NCBI RefSeq assembly: GCF_011386835.1 | Contig: NC_088811.1 | Coordinates: 11,346,001 to 11,410,000, forward strand | Source of the DNA: Chrysemys picta bellii | Taxonomy: Eukaryota | DNA: 64,000 nt | Reading direction: 5' to 3' | Shown here: positions 25,611-39,044 of the stretch, one piece after another | Layout: the number at the start of each line of letters is the position of its first letter | Numbering within the stretch: the first letter of the stretch is position 1 | Translations under genes and position numbers: made by a program | The notes under the pieces: generated by a model | Databases searched by the model: none | What the model was told of the DNA's origin: nothing | What the model saw: the letters and a program-made list of their open reading frames with translations, nothing else

Positions 25611-27539
25611 AGTAATGAGGAGGAGGAGTCAGCACCATGTGACATGCCAGCTGTCCGTGTGCAAGGACTCTCAGACCACACTATGCGATTTGAGGTTTTG
25701 GAACAGGAATTAGTCGCTAGGTGCATCAGGAGTCCATTTATCTGAATACAGAGCCCCATTTCCAAGGAGGCCTAGTCGTAGTGGTAGCAAGTGTTTATAT
25801 TATGACAGCATTAGGCTTACTCCTCTATTATCTGGGTTTTTTAGGGGGTGGATTTACATGCTGGCCCTCAAGCAAATGTTCCTGAGACGATTTAGTCTCA
25901 ATCATCTTCCATTCTTGGTAAATTACTCTACCTCGGAATTGGCTTCCTGCTGTGGACTCCCCTAACCTCCATGTGGAGCTGCATTGAAAATCACTTCTGT
26001 TATCTTGAGGCTCTTGGACCTGCATGTGGCAGTCTCAGGCCATCTCCTCTCTGAGTCAGTTACCCAACAGAGGGTGCTGCCTCACAGCCCTTTGCTGTGA
26101 ATTTAGCTGCCAGCTTAGCCAGATAGGCTTCATCCAGCATGGAAGGGAAAGCATATCTGGAGTGGGCAGAAACTGTCTTCTCCCCTTGCTTGCCCCATCA
26201 TTCGGTTATAAAATTTCTGATGATAGAAATGAAAGGCTGTAGGCAAGAGACCTAAAAATAAATATGGGAGGGGAGGTTGGAAATTCTCCCTCTCCCTTTC
26301 TCTCCCTCTCTCTGGGAATCTCTATATAGGTTACATAGAGGGGTAGTTCACTTCTGTCTTGTTTGCTGGTTTTACCACTACCTAGAAAGACTTGGTATGT
26401 CTAATAGACAATTGCTTCCTTGTTGGGAGCTAACTAAGAGACAAATCTCCATCTGTTTTTGCATATAGTAGTGACATAGGAATTTGACCATATTCAGGGA
26501 CAAAACTTGGAGCACTCTGTAACTAAGACCATGAGCACTTCTGATCGTCTCTGAGCTTGTGCAAAAATCTGTGACAACCAAAGTGAGCAGTCTGTTGATT
26601 CAAAGGTGATGAGTTCAAATCCTGTTGAGGCCATGTTACTGCATCTGGCAGCCTCACAGAATTTTGAAATAGATAAGACCTCCTATATTACATCACATAA
26701 TCAAACCACTTCCTCCTCCTCCATGATTGTTCCCTATGCTCTATTTCTAGTGATTTATCTAATCTAATTTGGGTCCCTGAAATTTATAATTTAGTACTGG
26801 AAGCCTTTGCTTTGGCTATCCCTCCCTTTTTTCCTGGGTGGGACAGAGATAACATACTTCATACAAATGGAGAGCTCTCTTTGCATTAAAAGAGGAAGAC
26901 CTGACCTCTCTTATGACAGGCAAAACTGTGTCTCCTCTCCGTTAAACCACCAATGAAATACATTTTGCACTAGCGTATAATGCTGTGATTTATGCTGTGA
27001 TATGCTTTGCAATAACCCAGTGTCCTTTTGCCTTTGTGTTGATTTTTTTCTCTCCTATATTTAATATATTTTGTGGGTATCTTAGTGAATGGGTATTTAC
27101 CCAAAATGCCCATGGGAGACGATGCTCCAAGCTTTTCCTGCTTCTTAAGGGGAGAGATCTACCATTTTCTTGTGTGCACCTATTTCTTATTTTGTAAATT
27201 TATTTTTCTATTTTTGTTCTTTTGCTGCCACCTTTTGAAATAGCATTAACAAGTGGCATATTTTAAAATAGAAGATAACTGGAGGAAAACATACACAATA
27301 TGTATGTCTCTCTGTATGTCTCACACCAGTAACAACTTTTTCATAGTATATTTTCAACTTCTGACATTTAGAAACAAAGAAGAAAAGTTGCAGTACTTGT
27401 GCCTGATTTTTCATTTAAAGATACACTAAACCAGAAGCCAGCCCCTTCTTGTTCAGGGTGGAAATACTTTGATCCAGTTTTCTGAAAACAATACTCATTT
27501 CATGAGAATATTTAATCAGTAGAAAATAGGGAGGATTTA

Positions 27540-28060
27540 GTTTGTTTGTTTAGTATTTAACCAAGTGAATAAGGCAGATTAAGGGGGGGGAGGGGACCAG
27601 ACCCATAAACAAGGTGATATATAATATTTTTTTTCGTTCTCCTTTTAAATAAATACCGATCAGCTTTATGTTCGGAGANNNNNNNNNNNNNNNNNNNNNN
27701 NNNNNNNNNNNNNNNNNNNNNNNNNNNNNNNNNNNNNNNNNNNNNNNNNNNNNNNNNNNNNNNNNNNNNNNNNNNNNNNNNNNNNNNNNNNNNNNNNNNN
27801 NNNNNNNNNNNNNNNNNNNNNNNNNNNNNNNNNNNNNNNNNNNNNNNNNNNNNNNNNNNNNNNNNNNNNNNNNNNNNNNNNNNNNNNNNNNNNNNNNNNN
27901 NNNNNNNNNNNNNNNNNNNNNNNNNNNNNNNNNNNNNNNNNNNNNNNNNNNNNNNNNNNNNNNNNNNNNNTAGGGGTCTGCAGGTCACCCAACGACTTTT
28001 AACGGCTCTGAGAGTCCTTATTGCACTCCACTGTTCCAACAAAATGTTAATAATAAATAA
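27540..28060. promoter_or_regulatory. Candidate CNE in intron 3 (contains an N-run)
   Basis: AT-rich, repeat-free flanks with CpGs (ataccgatcagctttatgttcgg; caacgacttttaacggctc). Confidence 0.45.
27679..27970. other. N-run, 292 nt
   Basis: Counted directly. Confidence 0.99.
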
Positions 28061-28413
28061 AAATTTCCCCCCTGTTTTACTTTTTCTTCTTTCCCTGGCT
28101 GAGTCTCTCCTTCTGCCTTTTTAATTTTGAGCACTTTAAAGAGAGTTTGGGGGTTTTAGGCATTTGAGGGTGTCTCTCCCACCACTCTGATATTTGGGGA
28201 GGCAGCAACTGCCTGCTTATTCTCCCTCTGTCCACATATCAATCACTCAGGGTCCTGTAAATGGAGTAAACATGGCTGAGGAGAGGGAGATACTTAACAA
28301 CCTCTCTCCCAAACCCTCACCCTCTGACATTGCCCTCCTCTCCTCCATTACACTTCATTTTATTATAGACTCCAAAAGCCCAGGAAGAGAAACTGCTGCC
28401 AGGGTTTTTTTAA

Positions 28414-28448
28414 TGTGTGTGTGTGTGGGGGGGGGGGGGGGGGGGGGA
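28414..28448. repeat. (TG)n followed by poly-G
   Basis: Seen directly. Confidence 0.9.
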
Positions 28449-28605
28449 AATGCCATTTTTAACCCTTTCCTTCCTGGGTGCTCAGCTGAATATTTAGCCT
28501 TGTGCTGTCAATCAGGTTTTCTCTTAATTTAGTGTAAGATAACTGAGAGGAAGGCACTGTTGTCAAGTCAGGATGCTGCTTAGAGGGACCTCTGGCACAT
28601 TAAAC

Positions 28606-28647
28606 AGTGTGTGTGTATATATATATGTATATATATATGTATATGTA

Positions 28648-28683
<36 letters not shown>
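28606..28683. repeat. Compound (TG)n/(TA)n microsatellite
   Basis: Seen directly. Confidence 0.95.
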
Positions 28684-28684
<1 letters not shown>

Positions 28685-29931
28685 AGGTCACAGTTGTGTA
28701 ATTAACGGTGCCGTAGATTATTAAGGCAGAAATAATTCAAAGCACTCTAAATTAGTTTGAAAATTGCTTTACCTTTTTCCTTTCTCTGTTTGACAATTAA
28801 ACTAGACTGGTCATTTTCATGTTGACATTCAGGTTCACATGTGCTTGTACAATACTGGAGTTACAAGTGCATCTGGGAAGTGTTCAGATCCAAATAAACG
28901 ACTTCATTTAAATGTAGGGAAAAAAATCACAGAGATGTTTCTATTGACCTTGGGTTTTGGTAAAACCTTACACTGAAATTGACCTGATGTTGGCCCTTTA
29001 TCAAGGACATATGGAAGGAGAAGGATCAAGGGACTGTACCTTTGACCCCAGTGAAATGTATGAAACTCTATGAACTTTTTCAAAGGACTGCGTGTTGGAG
29101 GAAAAATAGTACTGGCATCTTGATTAAAAGGACCCAGGTAGCAGTGCGTGGAACTGCCTCTGAACAGGTAGAATCATTAATGTGGATCAGATTCCAGGAT
29201 GCTTGTATGGTGATTCTGTTAAACTGTGACCATGTTCTTATGAGACCAGGTGACTCAATGGCTTTCAGGAACAGGACTGTAATGTCATTTCAGGATACCT
29301 GCTGATAGTCTTCCTTTCAGTTATGTGATTTGATACAGGCATCATGCAGACAGGTGATTCATTGCAACTAAACAAAGTCAGCCAGTTTTGTTTTGTTTGC
29401 TTTTTAACAGAAACAGTGAGGGGAGGGGAAAAAACCCACCTGTTTGTCTCTGTAGAAGTGCAGGTGTGGCGACAGCCCCTGGAGCCAGTCCATTAGACAA
29501 AGCGAAAGTAAAGCCGGCTTTTGAAACCGACAAAAGAATGTGACTCCACATTTTTTTCTGCTGGGGGGAGGGATAAAGTTTTTCATCCTCCTAGTGAGAA
29601 GTTTTCTCGTCAAAACCAATTCTACCTTCAGAGAACTAGTGAAAATCCTGTTGCTTGAGTCACTAAACTGGGTGAAGCTCTGGCAAATATTATGTAGGGA
29701 ACAATACCCACACAGGATGGGGAATGAACAAAGTGCCCTAACAGGAGCATATGTTGAAGATTAAAAAGTTTTAATAGCTCACTTAGTCCATTTCCCAGCT
29801 CATGCAGGGTTTTTCCCTACTCTATGTTATCCTCATGTTTTATCCAGGAAGTGCTGGCCCTGTGGTTAAGGAACGGGGTTGGGACGCAGCAGATCAGGGG
29901 TCAGTTCCCAGCTCTCCCACAGACTAACTGT

Positions 29932-30215
29932 GGGCTTGTCTTCATGTACAGGGCTACAGCAGCACAGCGCTGTAGCGCTTTAGTGAAGACACTACTATGC
30001 TGATGGGAAAGCTTCTCCTGTCAACGTAGTTAATCCACCTCCCCGAGAGGCGGTAGCTATGTTGGTGGGAGAAGCTTTCTGGTCGATATAGCACTGTCTA
30101 CACTGCGGGGAGGGGGTGGATTAGGTTGCTATAACTACTTTGTTCAGGGGTGTGGATTCTTCACACCCCAGTGTGACATAGTTATACCAATATAGGTCTG
30201 TAGAGTAGACCCAGC
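29932..30215. mobile_element. PIF/Harbinger-like MITE inserted into a MIR-like SINE
   Basis: Ends gggcttgtcttca / gagtagacccagc, internal gtgaagac and gtctacact. The MIR is split on both sides (...ccacagactaactgt | tgtgataacttggacaagtcac). Confidence 0.65.
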
Positions 30216-31539
30216 TTGTGATAACTTGGACAAGTCACTTTAATCTCTCTGTGCATCACTTTCTCAACTGCAAAATCCCAGGCGCAGAGGGGACTTTTAC
30301 CTCCCTACTTCATTCTCTAATTTGTTTTGATTCTGTGTTTAACTACAAGTTACAGAGGCTGGGTGGTTTTCCTGAAAATCGGAAATGGCAACAATAGTGA
30401 AGTTCCTGAAAAAAAGGCAACAAGGACATCTGAATGCAAAGCACTGTTGGGTGTCAGATAATGCAAATCAACACCGTCAAACCTAAAAAGAAAATTTTAT
30501 GACTTTATGAAAATTATGACGAATTCTTACAAAAGCAGCAGCTCTAAGGAGGAATGAGATAGATGGACCAGAGATGGGAGGCGGGGGAGGTTTGCATTCT
30601 GAAGGGCTGTGAAGGCAGTTTCCTTACATCCTTCTCGGCTCAGTCCTTTCTCAGTACCCTCTGTGGTTAGATTATTCCTTGCAGATAGCAATCAACTGGA
30701 AGGAAGTGTGTGTCTAATTTGCATGAGATTATTTAAAACAAAAAAAAAAGGCCTGCATTAGTCAGGGTGATGGTAAACAACGCAAAGAGATGCCTTTTAT
30801 AATATAGCCGTGGCTTAGCTTTCAAAGCCAAATATAATTCACTTACAATTGGCAGTTTCCTTTATTGTTCCTTTTAACCTTTTGGATTCTGCATGGTCTT
30901 GATCTTGCTGCAACTCCAGAAGATCTAAAATGTTTGCCTTTCAAACTGGGGGGAGGCGAGGGTTGGGAGGGGGGAATCTTCTATTATACTGATATGATTC
31001 TATTGACACAGTTGTCCCCGAAGACAATCCTATTAAGCACAAGGCTTTAGATTTTGTAGCACTGTTGTACACCCAAGAGAGATTGTGTTATATTTGGGTT
31101 GCTAAATTCATACTAGATAAGAGAAATTAACAAGACTGTGAATGTTTTTTAGATGCCTCTATGATGAAAGACTATAAATTCTTAGTGGAAGTTGTGGTGG
31201 GAGGCCAATGGTGGAAGTTGATGGACTCTAGAACTCAAATTGAGGTTTGTTGTCCATGAACCAGCACCAACCCAAGAAGAGCCAAGTAGTAGAAATATTC
31301 TTCTGCCATGATACATGGTGAACATAGTGACCTGGTGTCACTTACACTAGCACTTTCTCTTCTCTAAATAGCTGATGGGCTCTACTGAAGTATTGTCTCT
31401 GGGTAGTACCAAGACCCTTGACTTCATTTTGGCTTAGGCAAGCCAGAAGGGACATAGGTGGAGTGAGGTCAAGTTACTTGAATTTGTTTAATAAAGAGCA
31501 GTCCAGCCATCATGGTAAGTCAAGACAGGACACGGGGGA

Positions 31540-31615
31540 GGAGGGGTGGCGCAAGGACGGGGAGCTAGATGGACCACTGGTCTGATCTGGTACAGAAATT
31601 CCCATGTCCTTATAT
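31540..31615 (+). mobile_element. CR1 3'-tail fragment
   Basis: gctagatggaccactggtctgatctggtacagaaattcccatgtccttat. Confidence 0.7.
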
Positions 31616-31849
31616 TAATGATATAATTTTTTGCATTCCTGAGCCTGGAAAACAAAGTTAGACATACCTGAGTTTGGAAAAATTGCTACTGGGGTGTGCG
31701 TGTGTGTGAGGCAAATTTCAATCCAAAGTGAACTTTGATGGCTAAATTATATACTCCTGAGAAAAGACTTTTACAAATATATTGTACATTTTTGTTAGCA
31801 TTTGTGAAAAGTGCCAGATTGACAGTGTTCAGTCTCTGTGCTTGTTACA

Positions 31850-32050
31850 ATCTTGTCCTCTGCTTATTAACAGGGGGACCAATTTGGTAGTGTTTTCTGT
31901 GATGCAGACATTTGTCGACGAGTAATGAGACTACTTCATGGAGGCCACAGAATAGCCATTGGATGGTAGCAACTTTCACTCCCTCCTGACTTGTGCTGGA
32001 TTCAAACCAGCAACCTAGATATGAAAGGCTCCATATCTCATTACCATTCA
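31850..32050 (-). mobile_element. LF-SINE remnant (5' half)
   Basis: Reverse strand ggtaatgagatatggagcctttcatatctaggttgctggtttgaatccagc...accatccaatggctattctgtggcc matches the LF-SINE head. Confidence 0.75.
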
Positions 32051-32659
32051 CATGAGCTTTTCCTTCCCTGGTAAAACAGGATTTTGTAATGGAAATAGTG
32101 ACACTGTCGTGTCGCTAGTGGGCATGACCAGAATAATGCAAGAAATTTTATCTGTAAAACTTTCTTTTTCCCAAACAGGCTGAGAATTGAGGGGGCGGGA
32201 AACAATGAGTATTATTTCCTGTTCTTTTCATAGCCCGAAGATCTCAAGGACAAAGTATCCTCCATAACTAACTGTGTGTTCCTCAATGTTAAATGTTATC
32301 ACATCTGCTACCTTTGCATGGAAATAGAACAAAATGCCCCTTTTTAGAGAGAACCACATTTGCAGCCAGCAGCTAATATTGGTTTGTGTGTCTGGCTCCA
32401 GCTTTATAAAATTCCACAGTTGCTGGTGATCTACAATGCTGGCATCTGCTTATGCTCTCTCTTCTATTGGATAATTATGAACTGGTTAAAGCCGTTCCTT
32501 TCTTATTAGGACTTTGCTTTCTAACATGGTTTAGATACCATAAATATTGCTACTGGGACTTTAAAATAGAAGCCTGAGTTGATGTAGACCATCTCTCTTT
32601 GTTTTTCATGTGTCTCTTCTGGTTTCTGCTCTGATGAGGCATGCATCCAACACAGGTGG

Positions 32660-32682
32660 AGTGTGTGTGTGTGTGTGTGTGT
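32660..32682. repeat. (TG)n microsatellite
   Basis: Seen directly. Confidence 0.9.
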
Positions 32683-32684
32683 TG

Positions 32685-32920
32685 TCTGAGCACAAGACTG
32701 GGGGCTAGAAACTTCAGATTTATTATCCTATTTCTGACACTGACAACTCTCTGTGACCTTGGACAAGTCACTTAACCTTTCTGTGCATCAGTTTTCCCAT
32801 TGTAAAATTGGGATAATACTATGTAACATAACTCACAGGATTGTTATGAAGATCAGCTAATAAATATAAAACCCTCTGAAGATCAGATGCATTGTCAGTG
32901 CTATGCATCTAATAAGTAGC
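32685..32920 (+). mobile_element. MIR-like CORE-SINE
   Basis: ctgtgaccttggacaagtcacttaacctttctgtgcatcagttttcccattgtaaaattgggataata. Confidence 0.8.
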
Positions 32921-33289
32921 ATTCCAGAGACAGCCTCCCATGTGGTGGTGGTGCCTGAGCTAGATTGTAAGCTCCTCAGGGCAGGAACCTGGCCTTTTAC
33001 CTGCTTTTGTGTGCAGTATATGGCATTCCACAGACAGTGCACACTCTCCCAGGCCCCACATTGCGGTCTCCATCCTAGCAGCGCATTCTTTTGCTAGAGC
33101 CCATTTTCTCCTGTTGAAAAAGCCATCCAGCTGTGCTTGCTTCCTTCACAGATGCTGGTCATCATGAATCTTTCAGCTGCTGTTCTCTTTCCCCTCTTAG
33201 GCCAAATTCTCTCCATATGTTGTGGCCGCTTACAGATGGGCACCTTCGCATTTTCTAGTGACAGGAAAGACTGCACCACAATGTACCAT

Positions 33290-34013
33290 GTGTGCAGCAT
33301 GGCTGCAGCGATGTGCGAAATAAAAACCAGGCTGGCCTAGAGCAATATAATCAGGCAGTAGTAGGCTGGGACAGTGCTAATCTGAAAGTTTGAGCTTGGC
33401 CTTGTTTTGATCTGTTTTGTTAGTTTTATTTCCTNNNNNNNNNNNNNNNNNNNNNNNNNNNNNNNNNNNNNNNNNNNNNNNNNNNNNNNNNNNNNNNNNN
33501 NNNNNNNNNNNNNNNNNNNNNNNNNNNNNNNNNNNNNNNNNNNNNNNNNNNNNNNNNNNNNNNNNNNNNNNNNNNNNNNNNNNNNNNNNNNNNNNNNNNN
33601 NNNNNNNNNNNNNNNGTTTTTTCCCCTCTTTTTTTTTTTTTTTTACACCATTACAGATTAAAATGAGCCACATTTGCAGTTGATGGTATCTTTTTTTCGG
33701 GGGAAGAGTGGAGAATTGCAATAGAAAACTACTTCTAAAGCAGCAATAAACTCAAGGATAAATTAAGGAAATTGAATGAGCCACATTTGGAAGCAGTGTT
33801 GAGGCTAATATTCTGTCGCTTAAGGTTAAATTGCAACAGAGAGAAGAGAGGGAGTGATTTTAGTGAATCCGAAATCGGGGAGGCAGTGCTGTTCGAATCA
33901 CTACCAAAATCCTTCTGCAGCTTGAAAGGGTTCTGCCAGGCTTGCAGATTTAATTACAGGCGCATCAAGTGAGTAAAGATGCTAAACTGATCTCGTTTCC
34001 TCTTCTCCCCCAG
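33290..34013. promoter_or_regulatory. Candidate CNE abutting the exon 4 acceptor (contains an N-run)
   Basis: About 700 bp repeat-free block with CpGs, TAAT motifs and a duplicated 14-mer. Confidence 0.5.
33435..33615. other. N-run, 181 nt
   Basis: Counted directly. Confidence 0.99.
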
Positions 34014-34136
34014 GACTGACGGATGAAGAAATTGACCTGGCTTTCCAGCAGTCGGGCACTACCACAGATGAGCCACAGTCCCTGGGTCCTTCCACACAGC
34101 TGGTGCCAACGCAGCCCCCTCACCTCGTGCCGTACA
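34014..34136 (+). CDS. PEX14: PEX14 exon 4: (G)[40 protein letters not shown](S)
   Basis: Acceptor tttcctcttctcccccag|, donor A|gtaagt. 123 nt, phase 1 to phase 1, continues the frame of exon 3. Two codons shorter than the human exon. Confidence 0.96.
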
Positions 34137-34484
34137 GTAAGTAGCCTCTTGAAAGCACCTGGTCCTATCATTTTATGCAATGATTTTGCAATCCTATTCC
34201 TTATCTGCTTTCTTACCTCTGTACTCCTTTAATTATACTAGTTTGCAATGCTGAATCCCAGGAAACAGTGGAATCTGCTGTGGTTGTTTCTAGCAAATAT
34301 CCCACTTGTTGTCAGAGTCACACCCCTGATCTTACTTGAAATACACTTTTTAATTGTTGATGAAAGTGACATAAGTACACAGCAGACACAATCACAAGAT
34401 GGTGTCACACAAGGCAGCTGAGGTACAAGCTATATTAGTCCACAGACTAATGTGGTAAATTATAGTCTGTCGTTGCTTATGCTG

Positions 34485-34710
34485 AGGAAGCATGGTGTAG
34501 AGATCTAGTTTCTGTTCCCAACTCTGCCGCTGACTCACTGTATAGCTCTGGACAAGTCCCTTAACCTTTGTAGGCCTCATTTCCCCCTCTCCCCCCTAAA
34601 ATTGGGGGATAGTACTTCCCTACCTCATAGGGGATTTATGAGATTGAATTCATTAATATTTGAATAGTAGAATAAGGTCCTTGGATAGAAGGTGCTATAA
34701 AAGAGCAAAG
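34485..34710 (+). mobile_element. MIR-like CORE-SINE
   Basis: ggacaagtcccttaacctttgtaggcctcatttcccc...aaaattggggatag. Confidence 0.75.
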
Positions 34711-35524
34711 TTATTTAGTTATTTATTTTACAACGGAACCTGTACAAGAGTTCACCTTTATTAGGCAAATTCCTGCTTTTAGGAATCCATCACAAACTAT
34801 CCAGAAAGGTACTGAGTATAATTCTGCTCCACGTTCATTGGAAGACTTACCTCCCATGAGTGACTGATTTTTATCATTGATCGCTTGAGTAGTTGCTCTA
34901 GACAGGTGACTAAAGAATTTCAGCAAACTAGATTGTAAGTTCTTCAGGGCATGGACTATGTCTTCCTAGTGTGTATGCAAAATCTAGAACAGGTCGCTAC
35001 CTGTGATTGGGACTCTGGATCCGATGGCATTACAAATAATTATAAATAATAATGGTGCTTATTTATCTTCAAAAACATTTCTCCTAGTGTTCTCCAACCC
35101 CCCCCCCCAATCTCAAAGAAGGACTGCAATATTTTGGGATATACTGTGTATATGTGTATATATGGCTGTTATATTAAAATACACACACCATTTTTAAAGT
35201 CCCAATGGAATCTCTGTAGACTTAAGATTTATGTATACTTTTTGCTAGGTTTGTTTTAACATGCAAATGTATCTAAGCTCCATACAATAAAAACCAAAAT
35301 GCGCACACCATTAAAAATCCATCAAGAGGAACTGTTCAGTTCACATGTGGGGCTGGCAGTTTGAAAAGCAGTTCTTCCTTCACTTACCTGCCAAGTACCA
35401 AGGACTGAGCTTGTTATTGTTTCTGCCAGTCAGTAGCTCCTAAAACAGTGTCATTGTGATGATGTTGATGCCTTCTGGTGTTGCAGGTAATGCACCCATC
35501 TACCCATGTCCTTTCTGTGGTCCA

Positions 35525-35735
35525 GCAGATAGGGCTCATAACTGGGAGTCAGGTGACTTGGCTGCTATGCCTAGCTCTGTCACTGGTTTAGTTGTGTGAC
35601 CTTGGGCAAATCACTTAACTTCTGTGCTTCAGGAACCCTCTCTTGAAACGGGGTTAATGTTACTTACCCTCCTTTGTAAAGTGGTTTCAGATCTTAGGAT
35701 GAAATGCGCCATGTAAATGCTAAGTGATGGTGTTA
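35525..35735 (+). mobile_element. MIR-like CORE-SINE
   Basis: tgtgtgaccttgggcaaatcacttaacttctgtgcttcag. Confidence 0.75.
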
Positions 35736-36325
35736 TTGCCTAGTGAGGCATAAAGTGTTTCTATTGTTTGCACTGAACTTGGCACTTTATTTAGGCCTCA
35801 TGCTAGGTACAACGTTGTTTAAACACAGTAGCGGAATTCGAGCACAGTTCCACAACCCATGTGCTGAGACTTGCTCTGGGTGGGAGTGGTTAGTTTATGG
35901 CGCAATGTGGCTATCACTAGAGATGATCCAAAATGACCTCCCTCATTCCGACATACCTTGAACTTTGGTGTGGTGAGAGGAAGGTTTGGAATGAGGGCTT
36001 TGCTGTCTGTAACGGGCTGCACAAGAATCCAGATTTCAGTGCCTCCAGACATTTGGGAAAGGGGGTTGAAATATGAATTTTGTGTCTCAATCTAATCTCT
36101 AGCTATCATGGTCACAGAAAATAACCCCCAAATCAGACCCTCGCTATCTCGGTCAGGGAAACTGAACTTAGCCCCATATTAGTGACAGCTGTGTCCAAGT
36201 GCAGTTTTTACTAGCTCAATTCAGGACCCAGTGCAGGCAGGGTCTTTGCTCTGTGTATGTCATAGAGTCCCATTAAAACCACCAAAGCAGTGAAGAGGCA
36301 CAGAGGGTAAACTGGAAAACAATGC

Positions 36326-36637
36326 CAGTGTTGCCAGCCCTCACAACTTTATCACAAGCTTTGAGCGATATGGTGTTCCTCTAGAGCCCCAGCTCTTGGA
36401 GTTCTGCGAATCGGTGAGAATCTCGGCTTTTTAAAAAAATGTAAGTTTCTAGCTTTCCTGATTGCATAGATAAGCTTGAAAACATGGCCCCTAAAGGCTC
36501 AAAAATGAGAAGGCAAATAAGAAGAACTCAGAAGTTTTTGTTTTGTTTTTAAATCTCATAATTTTAAGCCAGCCTTGTGATTTTTTTTGGGGGGGGGGCG
36601 ACTTTTGCTTTTTGAATGTTTGGGGTTGGCAACAGTG
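36326..36637. mobile_element. hAT-like MITE
   Basis: TIRs cagtgttgccagccc / gggttggcaacagtg. Confidence 0.7.
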
Positions 36638-37786
36638 CGGGGTCTTCTACTTGTGAACCAAACACTACATTCTCTAGCAATCCCAAAGCACACGGGATAG
36701 CACAAAGGGGGCCAGCTTAGGCAGTGTCCTACCCCTCTGTCCTTCCCCCATTGCTTCTTTGAAGACCCTTGTATTTACACTGAGCCTCTAAGTGTGGTTA
36801 TAAAAAGAATAATAGTGAAATGAAAAAGATGCATGCCTCAACTCACCCTTTGGTTGCATTGCTTTTGCCATTCCTCTTGGCCCTCCCTTGCTGGATGTTG
36901 TCTAGTTAGATATAGGCCTGTCTCCATATCTGCCTATCCAGCGCTTTGCACGCTGTTGGAAATGCACAAGTAATAATCTATGAATTGCCTTACGGCTGGC
37001 GGGTTACACTCTGCTGCAGGACAGAGTGTCCCTGCAGACTTGGCCCCATGATCTTTTAAGGTAGCTCATTTGCTACAGGCAGCTTTATCTGTTGGACGGT
37101 GATAGCTTGATGGATATTTCTTCAAAGGCCCACATCTGCCCCAGGTCAGTTGTTTCCGTGATAGTTTACCAAGCCACTTAATCTTTGGTAGATTCATCAG
37201 GCACTGCACTGTATAGGAAAGAACCTGTTTCTGCTCTCTATCTACTCTATGTTCTTGTATGACCCTCACCACCATAGTGTCTGAGCACCTCTGTAGGTAG
37301 TGCTCAAAAGTACCCAAGGGACAAAACAGGCCAGTCAGAGAGCTGAACTTAAATCCTATGAGCCCCACCAGATTCCACTGTGCTTGGGCTCCTGCAGTCT
37401 TGGTAACGCCGTCTGTTCTGAAGGAGATGATGCAGGAAACAAATTATACGATTTAAATACCTCTTGCTGCACAGATTGTGCTGGGAGTGGAGGCAGTAGA
37501 GTAAATTCTGATCTTTCGTTGGCAATAGCTATTAGCCATATAAGTACTTAAAAAAAAAAAAAAAAGCCTTGTAAGTCTTTAAAAATAGCATAGACCTTGC
37601 CAGAGGTAGAAGCTATCCCTGGTTTGGCTTTAGAGCAGCAACAGTAACTTTTGGGGGGCAAAGGGAAATAAATTCCTCAAGTTTCCAGTCATTGTCTTTG
37701 AGCTTGGTGCCTCCTGTACCATTTCACCCCTTCTCCAGGGGGGTAATTCCTTCTCTCCTTTCCTGTACTTTTGCCAAGAGGTGTCA

Positions 37787-37990
37787 NNNNNNNNNNNNNN
37801 NNNNNNNNNNNNNNNNNNNNNNNNNNNNNNNNNNNNNNNNNNNNNNNNNNNNNNNNNNNNNNNNNNNNNNNNNNNNNNNNNNNNNNNNNNNNNNNNNNNN
37901 NNNNNNNNNNNNNNNNNNNNNNNNNNNNNNNNNNNNNNNNNNNNNNNNNNNNNNNNNNNNNNNNNNNNNNNNNNNNNNNNNNNNNNNNNN
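37787..37990. other. N-run, 204 nt
   Basis: Counted directly. Confidence 0.99.
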
Positions 37991-38254
37991 AGTAAAAAAA
38001 ACAAAACAAAAAAACGGGCTGTCTGCTCCTGGTGTTATGAAATACACTAATCCGGGAGTGAGGACAAAAATCTGACTTTAAATATTTAAATGATTAATTG
38101 GGTTTATATATTTTTTTACCTTTCTATCCCCCTTAATTACAAGCAAAATCAGGGGAGTTTCTGAGATAGGTGTGCAAAGCTATTTGCTTATCACTTAGGG
38201 ATTGTCTACGTCCCTCTCCATGACTCCATTCATGCAGATTTTATACAGCCTTCC

Positions 38255-38480
38255 TGTGTGACTTTGGGTAGATACCTATCAAGCGATCACGGTCCAATAG
38301 AGGAAGCTGCCTGTAGCAAATGAGCTACCTTAAAAGATCACTTAAACGTTCTGTGCCTCAGTTTTCCCATCTGTAAAAGGGAGCAACATCCCTTCCATGC
38401 CTCACAGGGGCTTGTGAGGATTCATTAACATTTATGAAGGACTGAGACCCTCTGATAGAACACTTAATGGAAGTGGCAAG
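38255..38480 (+). mobile_element. MIR-like CORE-SINE
   Basis: gatcacttaaacgttctgtgcctcagttttcccatctgtaaaag. Confidence 0.75.
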
Positions 38481-38689
38481 TGTTATTTTTCTCCCTTCCC
38501 CATGACTAGGTCAGAATAGAAGCTAGAGCAGCACAACTGTGTGTCTCAGTGTAGTGCAATATTGGCCTATGGAAACCTTGAGTGGTGAGGGACAGATGGA
38601 AGCCTAGTATCTCCAGTGATGAACGAGGGAAGCACGGCTCAGTTTCTGACTGAATAGTAGGGTTTGAAGGACTTAGTGCTTTTCACCTC

Positions 38690-38850
38690 CTTCACTCATT
38701 GACCCTCACAGCATAAGTCTTACTATTCTCATTTTACAGATGGGGAAACTGAGGCACAGAGGTTAAGTCAAGGCAGTTGGCAAGTGCCCAAGAATGTAGA
38801 AGGAAGTCAGTGTAGGAGAACTCAGGCGTTCCAAGTCTCAGTCCTGTGCT
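38690..38850 (-). mobile_element. MIR-like CORE-SINE
   Basis: ctcattttacagatggggaaactgaggcacagaggttaag. Confidence 0.8.
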
Positions 38851-39044
38851 TAGATAACAATTGGTAGAGAGAGAGCCTGAGAGGGGATCTTAAGCACAAT
38901 TCTGATTCCGTGTGGCCTTCCCCTCTTTGTAATATCACATGGTCGATGCAGAGTCCTCCCTGTGTCTCTCTCCAGTTTAGTTTCTTTCTCTCTCGCTCTC
39001 GCTCTCTTTTTTTTTTTTTTTTTTTGCCACAAGACAGAATTGTT

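Noticed and set aside
26580-26640. tRNA-like B-box gttcaaatcc
   Set aside because: Short isolated match without a cloverleaf; probably a decayed SINE head.
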